A stretch of 64,000 nt of DNA from Candidatus Zixiibacteriota bacterium (GCA_023138975.1 JAGLON010000006.1:42999-106998), one strand, 5' to 3'. Shown: positions 10,442-18,327, counted from the stretch's first letter. Notes: generated by a model from the letters alone, not told the origin. Program-made: numbers and translations.

Positions 10442-10834
10442 ATGAACCTGGAATACGCTATCAATACGGATCGTCCGTTTGATAAGGTTGTTGCTGATGT
10501 GGAAAAATTTACGGTCGAGCACGGCTTCAAGGTGCTTCATATTCACAATGTTCAGGAAACTTTGGCTGGAAAAGGATTCGACCGGGAACCACTGAAAATC
10601 ATCGAAATCTGTAACGCCAAATTTGCGCACAAGGCTTTGTCAAAAGATATGATGGTTTCACTGTTTATGCCATGTAAGATAAATGTTTATACTGAAAGCG
10701 GAAAAACCAAAATCAAGGCTATGCGCCCGGCCTTGATTGCCGAGTTCTTCCCTCAGGCCGGCCTGAATGATCTCGCCGCCGAGGCTGAGAAGATTATTAT
10801 GACAATCGTTGATCAGACAGCCAAGGGAGAGTAA
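10442..10834 (+). CDS. DUF302 domain protein
   Basis: 130 aa. FKVLHIHNVQETLAGKG...KIIEICNAKFA...FMPCKINVY fits the DUF302 pattern. Confidence 0.65.
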   Translation: MNLEYAINTDRPFDKVVADVEKFTVEHGFKVLHIHNVQETLAGKGFDREPLKIIEICNAKFAHKALSKDMMVSLFMPCKINVYTESGKTKIKAMRPALIAEFFPQAGLNDLAAEAEKIIMTIVDQTAKGE

Positions 10835-10839
10835 TCGTT

Positions 10840-11058
10840 ATGCCATTATATGAATATAGTTGTAAAGAATGCGGCCATCGGTTTGAGGAACTGGTCAGTT
10901 TATCAAGTATTGAGGCCCCTCTCTGCCCAAGCTGTGGCGCAGAGAAAACCGAAAAACTCCTATCGACCTTCTCCGCTTCCAGTAGTAGCAGCGGTTCATC
11001 CGTTCCGCCCTGCGGTATGAAAGGCGGAGGATGCGGTGGAGGCAGCGGATTTTCATGA
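10840..11058 (+). CDS. FmdB-family zinc-ribbon protein
   Basis: MPLYEYSCKECGHRFE...CPSCG (CxxC...CxxC) with a Ser/Gly-rich tail. Confidence 0.75.
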   Translation: MPLYEYSCKECGHRFEELVSLSSIEAPLCPSCGAEKTEKLLSTFSASSSSSGSSVPPCGMKGGGCGGGSGFS

Positions 11059-11099
11059 GGATAGTAATTTAATTCCGCCGTAGGCGGAAAGGATTTATA

Positions 11100-11639
11100 G
11101 TGAATAAAACAATTGTAGGTATCGTAGCACTGTTTTTTGTCAGCTGGTTAGTTATATATGGATTCAAGGGACAGTTTGGCAGTGATTCCGGAGGTGCCTG
11201 GCAAGAGGATATCACTTGGTCAGAAACCGATATAACTAAAGAACAACTAGCATCAGTAGGAAAACCTGTTTATATCTTTTTTTCTACTGAATGGTGCACT
11301 TATTGCAGGAAAATGAAAACTGAAACTTTTACTGATCCCGACATCCAGAACAACCTCAGCAATAAATTCGTCAGCCTTTACATTAATCCTGAAACAAGCG
11401 GGACGGTTCGCTTCTCCGGTGAGGAAATGAGTTATAAGGATCTGACTAAGAAGCTTGGTGTCACGGGCTATCCAACTTCGGCATTTTATTCCGATGCGGG
11501 TGAACTAATCGGCGTTCAACCGGGATATCTCGATACCGAGAATTTGAAACAGCTAACCGATTATATCGGTGACGGCTATTACAAAGACAAAACTTTCCAG
11601 GAATTCCTCTCAGCCTCTAACGGGGGCACACTACCGTAA
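11100..11639 (+). CDS. Membrane-anchored thioredoxin-fold protein
   Basis: GTG start, an N-terminal TM segment and a CxxC motif (EWCTYCRKM) in a thioredoxin-like context. Confidence 0.65.
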   Translation: MNKTIVGIVALFFVSWLVIYGFKGQFGSDSGGAWQEDITWSETDITKEQLASVGKPVYIFFSTEWCTYCRKMKTETFTDPDIQNNLSNKFVSLYINPETSGTVRFSGEEMSYKDLTKKLGVTGYPTSAFYSDAGELIGVQPGYLDTENLKQLTDYIGDGYYKDKTFQEFLSASNGGTLP

Positions 11640-11730
11640 GCTGTAAAAGAAATTAAACTGAGTCTTGTAAGACGGGAACTTGCTTTCAACTTAATTGTTT
11701 AAATTATAAGCTTAAACAAGGATTTATATA

Positions 11731-11919
11731 ATGCGAAAGCGATTTACGTTTGGCTTGCTAATAGCCCTTCTACTGTTACCGATTTCAATCCGGGTTAATG
11801 CCGGCGACAATAAATGCTCCAAAAGTAATATGCAGCAACAGAGGACATCGCAACTAAACCGGCAGGAGCAGATGATAGAATATCCGGTCGTAATAGTAAT
11901 GGCAGATATTAATCAATAG
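11731..11919 (+). CDS. Small secreted hypothetical protein
   Basis: 62 aa. AAGGAT lies 7 nt upstream of the ATG, and there is a signal peptide (FGLLIALLLLPISIRVNA). No homology recognised. Confidence 0.35.
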   Translation: MRKRFTFGLLIALLLLPISIRVNAGDNKCSKSNMQQQRTSQLNRQEQMIEYPVVIVMADINQ

Positions 11920-11941
11920 ACAGAGATAGAATTCTATAAAC

Positions 11942-11973
11942 AAAAGCTCTCCGATAACACCGGAGAGCTTTTT
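11942..11973. terminator. Bidirectional terminator between convergent genes
   Basis: Perfect 10 bp stem aagctctccg / cggagagctt (11944-11953 / 11961-11970), with an A-run before and a T-run after. Confidence 0.7.
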
Positions 11974-11979
11974 ATTGTT

Positions 11980-12576
11980 TTATTCATAGCAGCCACACTG
12001 CGGTGGCGGACCCTCTCTAAAGATATAATTGATTATGTAGATCGCGTCGCTGAGGTGAACAATGCAATCCACGTTAGCGTCCCCTTCATTCATTGATTGC
12101 GGAGGATCTCCCTCACGAAAAGCATAATTTACGATATACACGGCATCACCCATATTACAGCCGCCGTCATGATTGGCATCGCCGGGTGTAACACACGAAC
12201 CCGATATGAAATTCTGCCAGTACCCATGATCGACTCCGTAATTTGTCGAGGTGCCACTTCCGGCTGCGACTTGCCCGACAGTTCCCGAAACTGTATAGTT
12301 AGTCGAAGTGCCGGACTGCCCGCCTCCGCCGCCAATTACACTCCAATTGATATCCTCTCCGGCCATTACCGAACGTAACCCTAGTTCCATCAACTCTTCT
12401 TTTTCTGCTTCAGATAAAGTTGTAGGGTTCATTACAGTCTTATCCTCACTAACGGAATTGACGGGAATCAACCGTTCCTCATCAGCGCTTTTTTTCTCGG
12501 CTGCAACTACCAAAAGAGGTAACATCATTACGATTGCGACAATCATGACAAACTGTAAAAACTTCTTATTCATCAT
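11980..12576 (-). CDS. Secreted protein with a duplicated STNY...GxW motif and two dockerin-like Ca-binding repeats (fifth gene of the fibre operon)
   Basis: Start moved to ATG 12576 (MMNKKFLQFVMIVAIVMMLPLLVVAA), preceded by AAGGA and lying 16 nt after the upstream stop. The C-terminus carries two copies of GDAN.D(G/C)....(D/S)A.YI.NY.FREG.PPQ (GDANHDGGCNMGDAVYIVNYAFREGDPPQ and GDANVDCIVHLSDAIYIINYIFREGPPPQ). The centre reads GTSTNYTVSGTVGQVAAGSGTSTNYGVDHGYWQ. Confidence 0.7.
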   Translation of the reverse strand: MMNKKFLQFVMIVAIVMMLPLLVVAAEKKSADEERLIPVNSVSEDKTVMNPTTLSEAEKEELMELGLRSVMAGEDINWSVIGGGGGQSGTSTNYTVSGTVGQVAAGSGTSTNYGVDHGYWQNFISGSCVTPGDANHDGGCNMGDAVYIVNYAFREGDPPQSMNEGDANVDCIVHLSDAIYIINYIFREGPPPQCGCYE

Positions 12577-12592
12577 TTTATCCTTTGTTTTA

Positions 12593-13957
12593 TTAATTTC
12601 GTTCAGCCGCTTCGCGGGCTTTTTCAAGTTCCAACTCGGCCTCGAGCGCTCTTATTTTTGCTTCTTTGGCTTTTACTTCGAGATCACGCAGATCGACTTT
12701 GTACTCGGTTTTAGAATTTCCCAGACCGTCTTTGGTCGTAACCATTTCGGCATTGGTGAATTCTCCGGGATCAGATACGAGTGTTTTAACGCTACCGTAT
12801 GAAGTCGGAAAATACATAGCCTTGATGCGGGATCGGGATGCTCTAACAGTTCCGGTACTCTGGCTGTACCGAGCTGCTTCCAACCGGAAGGTGATCGTTC
12901 TTGCAGAACTTATGTAATAGACCCGGTCAACGAACGCATGAGAGCTATTGGTCTCCGTATCATGAAAAGTGCTTTTAAATACGAATACATCCTCTCCTTC
13001 ATTTCCACCCCCTTCTGTTGTATCAATCTGGAGGTACGCTCCGCTCAAGTCTGTCGAACCGCTGAAAATGATGCTGCAATGTCCGGATACATACACATAG
13101 CCCGCTCCGGGAGTAGAAATGGTAGCTGTCGCAATATCGACAAACGAAGCGCTTGTTAAGTAAGGAGAGTCACCGGTATTGCTGACAATACCCGGCTCGT
13201 TCAAAATTTCATCAGCATCAATGGCACCCTCGGGAAAGACGACCGATGAGTTTCCGTCATCGCCTGCATCTATTTCTATCTGTTGATCATTATTGCCATC
13301 ATACAGGCGAAGCCGTCCACCGCTACTTAACCCCGCAAGGACCGCGCGTCTGCCGCCGGTAAATCCATAATACAACGCCAATTCACCGTATGAGGCACCG
13401 TAAAGGCGAACTGTGGTTGTGTCACTGCTTCTCAAATAGATATTCGCAGATGACGTGCTGACAGATATAGTACCTTCGTAATTGCCGTCACTATCACCAT
13501 CAAAAACAAGATCGTTGGTCATGGTGTCACCGATTGTGTGAACAAAATCATCTGCAGTGGCTATATATTCTGCTGTGTCAGCCTTGAGCGCCCGATACGA
13601 ATACGGCACGGCTGTGAATCTCGTACGAGGTGATATCTCGGCATCGGTGGCGACCTTGATTCCCAGCCAACGAAGCTGGTTATCAAAAATATTGTGCGGT
13701 AGCGCCGCTGTTGAACCAAGGATATAGCTGAACAATCCGTCTTTAACGTACACATCTCGTGCACCTGAAGTCCAGATAGGAGACGGAGCACCCTCGCTGG
13801 CATAGATGCCGAACGTCATATAAGTCCAACCGTCCGCTACCACATCACCGTTACTGTCTGTCAGTCGCCCCTGGTAGTTTACCAGCGGTGCAATATCAGC
13901 CCCTACGGTTGCGACCATTGCGACGAGTATTATTGCAATGGATAAAAAGCATTTCAT
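12593..13957 (-). CDS. Fibre-like secreted paralogue P4 (unknown family)
   Basis: 454 aa. GGAGG lies 4 nt upstream of the ATG, with signal peptide MKCFLSIAIILVAMVATVGA. It shares with P1-P3 the NYQGRLTD..G..VADG module, the EILNEPGI motif, the PG.GYVYVS / QIDT / TFRLEA motifs and the C-terminal coiled coil DLRDLEVKAKEAKIRALEAELELEKARE. Confidence 0.85.
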   Translation of the reverse strand: MKCFLSIAIILVAMVATVGADIAPLVNYQGRLTDSNGDVVADGWTYMTFGIYASEGAPSPIWTSGARDVYVKDGLFSYILGSTAALPHNIFDNQLRWLGIKVATDAEISPRTRFTAVPYSYRALKADTAEYIATADDFVHTIGDTMTNDLVFDGDSDGNYEGTISVSTSSANIYLRSSDTTTVRLYGASYGELALYYGFTGGRRAVLAGLSSGGRLRLYDGNNDQQIEIDAGDDGNSSVVFPEGAIDADEILNEPGIVSNTGDSPYLTSASFVDIATATISTPGAGYVYVSGHCSIIFSGSTDLSGAYLQIDTTEGGGNEGEDVFVFKSTFHDTETNSSHAFVDRVYYISSARTITFRLEAARYSQSTGTVRASRSRIKAMYFPTSYGSVKTLVSDPGEFTNAEMVTTKDGLGNSKTEYKVDLRDLEVKAKEAKIRALEAELELEKAREAAERN

Positions 13958-13984
13958 ATTTCCTCCAACATTTATATCAATCGT

Positions 13985-15355
13985 TTATTCTCGATTTCTG
14001 TTTTCGAGCATCTCTCTGGCATTATCGAGTTCAATTTGAGCCTCAAGAGCTTTTATCTTCGCTTCTTTGGCTTTCAGTTCCAGTTCACGAAGGTCGACTT
14101 CATACGCAGTATGGACGTTTCCTTCATCATCATGGCTGATCAACTTTGTGTCTGTGAATCCTAACGGATCAGATACTATTGTCTTCACCGAACCATAAGA
14201 TGTCGGAATATATAACGCTGTGATAGTAGCATTACGTATTGATATATCTCCATTAGCCATCAAAGATTTCCGTGCTTCAAGACGAAAAGTCAGTGGAGTT
14301 GAGCCGGCAACATAATACATCCGGCTCGAATAGGAAGGAAAGAAATTGTCTGCGGTTGAGGCAGAGCCATTCAATCCAGCAAGTGAATAAGCTCCGGATA
14401 CAAGACTACCGCCAGCAGTAGCATCAATTTGAATAAAACAAGAATTGTAGTCTGTCGTATTGTAAAGGCGAACAAAGTATTGTGCAGAGATAAATAAATA
14501 CCCGACCGCCGGAGGAGTAATTGTAACGGTCACGACATCCTGCATTGCTGCTGTACTGGTTATTACCACAAAATCAGATTGAGTATTAGAAGCGAATCCT
14601 ACCTCATCGAGAATTTCATCTGAGTTAATGGCATCATCGGGGAGCATGACCGACTCATCTCCATCATAACCGGAGTTGAAGATAATCTGTTTAGAGTTAT
14701 CACTATTTTTCAGCACGAATGCTCCGCCAGAATTGAAGGCAGACAGACTAACTCGGCGCAATCCATCATATGCGTCATTCAATAACAACTGGCCAAATAA
14801 TTCACCGAAGAGAAAAACGGTTGTTGTGTCATTACTTCTGAGATAGATATTCGAAGCTGTGGAGTTGGCAGCAAATCTTCCTTCATAAACTCCGTCATTA
14901 TCAGGGTCAAAGACTAATGAACCGACCATTGTATCACCGGCAGTGTGAACAAATTGATCCTCGTTAGCAACTTCATCAGCACGAAGTGCCTGATAAGCAT
15001 ACGGTACAGACTGGAGGCGTGTCCTGGGCGCTATCTCAGCATCAGATCCAACGGTTATCCCCAGATAGCGGACGGAATCCTCAAAAAGACCGTCCGGAAA
15101 TGAGGGGGAATAGCCGAGGTCGAACGTAAACAGGCCAGCGGCGACATTAACACTGCGTGACGGCGCAGTCCACAAAGGTGTACCATTCGCCTTACCCTCG
15201 TAAATGCTAAACGTCAGTTCATACGTCCCGTCAGCTACCGGTGCGCCGGTATCGTCTGTAAGACGCCCCTGATAAGGTATCGGAGACGGAATTTCTGCAA
15301 CGAGCATCGCTGTGCAGAAAAGTAAGATAATGGTCAGTGCAAGAACTGTCTTCAC
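13985..15355 (-). CDS. Fibre-like secreted paralogue P3 (unknown family)
   Basis: Start revised to GTG 15355 (GGAGG-aaact-GTG), giving MKTVLALTIILLFCTAMLVAE; 456 aa. Architecture matches P4. The C-terminus reads YEVDLRELELKAKEAKIKALEAQIELDNARE. Confidence 0.85.
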   Translation of the reverse strand: MKTVLALTIILLFCTAMLVAEIPSPIPYQGRLTDDTGAPVADGTYELTFSIYEGKANGTPLWTAPSRSVNVAAGLFTFDLGYSPSFPDGLFEDSVRYLGITVGSDAEIAPRTRLQSVPYAYQALRADEVANEDQFVHTAGDTMVGSLVFDPDNDGVYEGRFAANSTASNIYLRSNDTTTVFLFGELFGQLLLNDAYDGLRRVSLSAFNSGGAFVLKNSDNSKQIIFNSGYDGDESVMLPDDAINSDEILDEVGFASNTQSDFVVITSTAAMQDVVTVTITPPAVGYLFISAQYFVRLYNTTDYNSCFIQIDATAGGSLVSGAYSLAGLNGSASTADNFFPSYSSRMYYVAGSTPLTFRLEARKSLMANGDISIRNATITALYIPTSYGSVKTIVSDPLGFTDTKLISHDDEGNVHTAYEVDLRELELKAKEAKIKALEAQIELDNAREMLENRNRE

Positions 15356-15396
15356 AGTTTCCTCCAGTAGTTTAGCCCCCAACTTGGAGTAATAAT

Positions 15397-16593
15397 TTAT
15401 TCAGAATCTCTCTTAGCTCGTTCTAATTCGCGTTCAGCTTCGAGTTGTTCGATATATGCTTTCTGAGATGCTATTTTCGCTTCCTTGGCTTTCAGTTCCA
15501 GCTCCCGCAGGTCAACTTCGTAGGCTGTAGTTGTATGGCCATCTTTGTCAGTAGTTTGAATTTGAATTGGAATGGCATCCTTAAAGCCGTTCGGGTCCGT
15601 AGTTATGGATTTAACGGGAGCGTAACTGGTTGGGAAGAACATTACGGTAATTTTAGGATATTCAATACTTACAGATCCTGTAGCTGACGAATGCTTCATC
15701 GCTTCCAGATGATAGGTTCGCTCAGATGAATCATTTACGAAGTATATCTGATCTGTACTACTTGTGAAATAGTAATAACCATCATCTGGGAAGGCGGATT
15801 GGTTAATATAAGCACAATTTGGAAATTTCGTCCTACCGCCTTCAAGTGTATCAATCTGGAAATATACGCCGTTCAATCCCATTGTGTTATATAACGCAAC
15901 TTGAAACTTCGCAGAAACGTAAACGTAACCGGGACCAGGCGGTTTAATAGTAATTGAGTGGACATTTTCCATTTCGGTAGTACTACTAATTCCATCAACG
16001 AGATTGTATGAAGTTCTGTCAATACCCGGCTCGTTGAGAATTTGTTCAGAGCTGACTTGTTCAACATATGCGGCAGTGTCGGCATGCGTTGCTTGTTCAG
16101 CATACCCGGTATAATCTGCTGAGTCAGCCCTTAGTGATTGATAGGCATACCCGGCATAATCCGTTGAGTCAGCCCTTAGTGATTGATAGGCATACCCTGC
16201 ATAATCTGCTGAGTCAGCTCTTAGTGATTGATAAGCATACGGTACAGAGTGAAGGCGAGTTCGGGGTGATATTTCCGCATCAGAACCTACCGTAATTCCC
16301 AGATAGCGGACGGAATCCTCGAAAAGACCTTCGGGAAATGAGGGGGAATAGCCGAGATCGAATGTAAACAACCCACCATTAACATAGACATTGCGTGACG
16401 GGGCAGTCCATAAAGGTGTACCATTCGCCTTACCTTCGTAAATACTAAACGTTAGTTCGTAACTGCCATCGGCTACCGGAACACCGGTATCATCAGTCAA
16501 CCTCCCCTGATACGTTATAGATGACGGTACTTCGGCAACAAGTATCGTCGTGCAAAAAAGTAGTATTATTGTCAAAGCCAGTGCAGTCTTCAC
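15397..16593 (-). CDS. Fibre-like secreted paralogue P2, a short form with a 15-aa tandem repeat replacing the stalk
   Basis: Start revised to GTG 16593 (GGGAGG-taagt-GTG), giving MKTALALTIILLFCTTILVAE; 398 aa. The N-terminal ~125 aa are very similar to P3. It then carries a tandem run of the 15-aa unit Y(A/T)GYAYQSLRADS(A/T)D and passes directly into the EQILNEPGI and head region. Confidence 0.85.
   Translation of the reverse strand: MKTALALTIILLFCTTILVAEVPSSITYQGRLTDDTGVPVADGSYELTFSIYEGKANGTPLWTAPSRNVYVNGGLFTFDLGYSPSFPEGLFEDSVRYLGITVGSDAEISPRTRLHSVPYAYQSLRADSADYAGYAYQSLRADSTDYAGYAYQSLRADSADYTGYAEQATHADTAAYVEQVSSEQILNEPGIDRTSYNLVDGISSTTEMENVHSITIKPPGPGYVYVSAKFQVALYNTMGLNGVYFQIDTLEGGRTKFPNCAYINQSAFPDDGYYYFTSSTDQIYFVNDSSERTYHLEAMKHSSATGSVSIEYPKITVMFFPTSYAPVKSITTDPNGFKDAIPIQIQTTDKDGHTTTAYEVDLRELELKAKEAKIASQKAYIEQLEAERELERAKRDSE
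16101..16235. repeat. 45 bp x3 in-frame tandem repeat inside P2
   Basis: Units at 16101-16145, 16146-16190 and 16191-16235 (catacccggtataatctgctgagtcagcccttagtgattgatagg and two variants differing by a few substitutions). The next 5 nt restart the unit. Confidence 0.9.
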
Positions 16594-16635
16594 ACTTACC
16601 TCCCATGATATTGCCCCCAATATCTAAAAAGTTTA

Positions 16636-18021
16636 TTATTCCAGTTGTTCTTTTGCCTCTTTCAATTCCAGCTCCGCCTCCAGCCGCCGGATTCGTGCAG
16701 CCTGTTCTTCTATCTTCGCCTGCTTAGCAATAAGCTCGAGATCCTTGATTGAGGTATTCTCTGCTGTAACTTTCTCTGACGAATTTGCAGTTGATATTAT
16801 ATTGGATTCCATAACATCAGGTAATGGTTGAGAGACACCGCTTGGAATTGAACCATATGCAGTTGAAAAATATATACAGCTTATCTGATTGTCATTTGTA
16901 TAAACGTTTGAATAGTTTGACCAATTTGCACCTTCTAGCTGGAATATATATGTTCCCGCCGTTGCGAAATAGTAGGTTCTGAATACTGTCACCGGAGTCA
17001 TTTCGCTAAATCGTGTAGCATCCATAGCATTAAGAGTTTTCATAGAGTAGTTGGATCCTGCGCCACCTGCTGTATCGATCTGAATTACACCTTGCATCAT
17101 ATCTGTTGAGTCCGTGGGCATATCGATTCCCACGGAACATCCGCCGATAACAAACACATATCCGGGGGCAGGTATAGTCATAGTGTCGGCCGCCAAAGTT
17201 GAGAATGAGAATGTTAGAGGATACTTAGTGAGTCCATCCTCGGATGAGGTTATACCCGGCTCGTTGAATATCTCTGTTGAACTAATTGACCCGGTTGGAA
17301 GAATCGCCGCACTATCGCCAGTGAGTTCAGCATCAAAGACGACTTTGTCTGTACCAGTATTATCTCTTAGTCGAATCGATCCGCCTTTGTTATATCTGGC
17401 ATTCAAAAAAACCGTATTGATGCCGCCATCGTCTGACAGTATCAGCGAACCGTATCCCTGGCCATATAGTGCTGCCTTGCGAGAGCCTTCGTTATAAAGA
17501 AAGATATTAGAGAAAGTTTCACCGACTTGAATTTGACCGTCCATACCGTTACCCGCTCCATCAAAAACTAGACTGCCCGACAAAGTATCTCCAGTCTTCT
17601 CGACAAAATTCCCGGGTGCGGTCAACACAAACTCGGCCGTATCGGCTTTTCGAGCATGGAAAGCATAGGCGTTTGAAGTAAGTCTCGTTCGGGGTGATAT
17701 CTCAGAGTCTGTACCTACGGTAATACCAAGATAACGTTCAGGACCGTAAAACAGGTCAGATGAAAACGGTACATTTGACCCCAATGGATAAGTAAACAAA
17801 CCATCAGCAGCAGTAACAGTCTGTCCACCGGATGACCATATGGTGTCAGTGCCTGATTCACTTCCATAGATGTGGAAGTAAAGAGTATAATTACCATCGG
17901 CTACCGGACTGCCCGAATCATCGGACAACCGCCCCTGATAGTTCATCATCTGAGGTATTTCTGCTACAGCACTCATGACAAATACAGTTAACACTCCAAC
18001 TAATAGTATCATTACTTTCAT
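16636..18021 (-). CDS. Fibre-like secreted paralogue P1 (first gene of the operon, most divergent)
   Basis: 461 aa. GGAGG lies 6 nt upstream of the ATG, with signal peptide MKVMILLVGVLTVFVMSAVA. The same module order is kept: NYQGRLSDDSGSPVADG, TEIFNEPGI, PAPGYVFV, IQIDT, FQLEG and the coiled-coil tail DLELIAKQAKIEEQAARIRRLEAELELKEAKE. Confidence 0.85.
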   Translation of the reverse strand: MKVMILLVGVLTVFVMSAVAEIPQMMNYQGRLSDDSGSPVADGNYTLYFHIYGSESGTDTIWSSGGQTVTAADGLFTYPLGSNVPFSSDLFYGPERYLGITVGTDSEISPRTRLTSNAYAFHARKADTAEFVLTAPGNFVEKTGDTLSGSLVFDGAGNGMDGQIQVGETFSNIFLYNEGSRKAALYGQGYGSLILSDDGGINTVFLNARYNKGGSIRLRDNTGTDKVVFDAELTGDSAAILPTGSISSTEIFNEPGITSSEDGLTKYPLTFSFSTLAADTMTIPAPGYVFVIGGCSVGIDMPTDSTDMMQGVIQIDTAGGAGSNYSMKTLNAMDATRFSEMTPVTVFRTYYFATAGTYIFQLEGANWSNYSNVYTNDNQISCIYFSTAYGSIPSGVSQPLPDVMESNIISTANSSEKVTAENTSIKDLELIAKQAKIEEQAARIRRLEAELELKEAKEQLE

Positions 18022-18299
18022 AGCTAGCCTCCACTGCTCTATGTAATAGAATTCCGTTTTCTACTATAATCTATTTATTGTCCTTGCTTCCCCTAACTTC
18101 CAATCGCTCTTATTATTTTCATTTATTCTGAAATGCTTGATGTTTTGCGAAAGGCATTTTAAAATATAAAAAAATACACACAATAATCGTCAGGAAAATC
18201 CCCAATGATTCCATACTGCCTCCCGCAAGGTGTAGTATAATTTATGTCTGTTGCAAATCTCTTAGAGCACAAGTATATAGCTTGATATTGCTTATAGAA

Positions 18300-18327
18300 A
18301 ATATAGATGGTTTCTAAGATTTGTCAA
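18300..18327 (-). promoter_or_regulatory. Candidate sigma-70 promoter for the fibre operon
   Basis: On the minus strand, TTGACA (18327-18322), a 16 nt spacer, then TATATT (18305-18300). This lies about 280 nt upstream of the P1 ATG, in an AT-rich stretch of roughly 390 nt between the cspA terminator and P1. Confidence 0.3.

Noticed and set aside
12593-14120. C-terminal peptidase S74 intramolecular-chaperone domain, as found in many tail-fibre or endosialidase-type proteins.
   Set aside because: I looked for the Ser...Lys autoproteolysis context (SD.R.K-like) and the ~120 aa chaperone domain. The paralogues have only a ~35-45 aa charged coiled coil after the PTSYGSV motif, so the domain is not claimed.
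12097-17497. Multiple plus-strand ORFs (for example 12308-12802, 12666-12917, 13888-14139, 15445-15687, 16068-16295 and 17114-17497) overlapping the fibre operon.
   Set aside because: They lie antisense to five minus-strand genes that have RBSs, signal peptides and mutual homology. The plus-strand products are low-complexity with no RBS or paralogy, so they are shadow ORFs.
11980-18021. Prophage interpretation of the tail-fibre-like paralogues.
   Set aside because: No capsid, terminase, portal, baseplate, integrase, lysis or att-like features occur in or beside the cluster. The flanks are thioredoxin/OsmC genes and cspA. All four proteins have Sec-type signal peptides, which are atypical for virion tail fibres.
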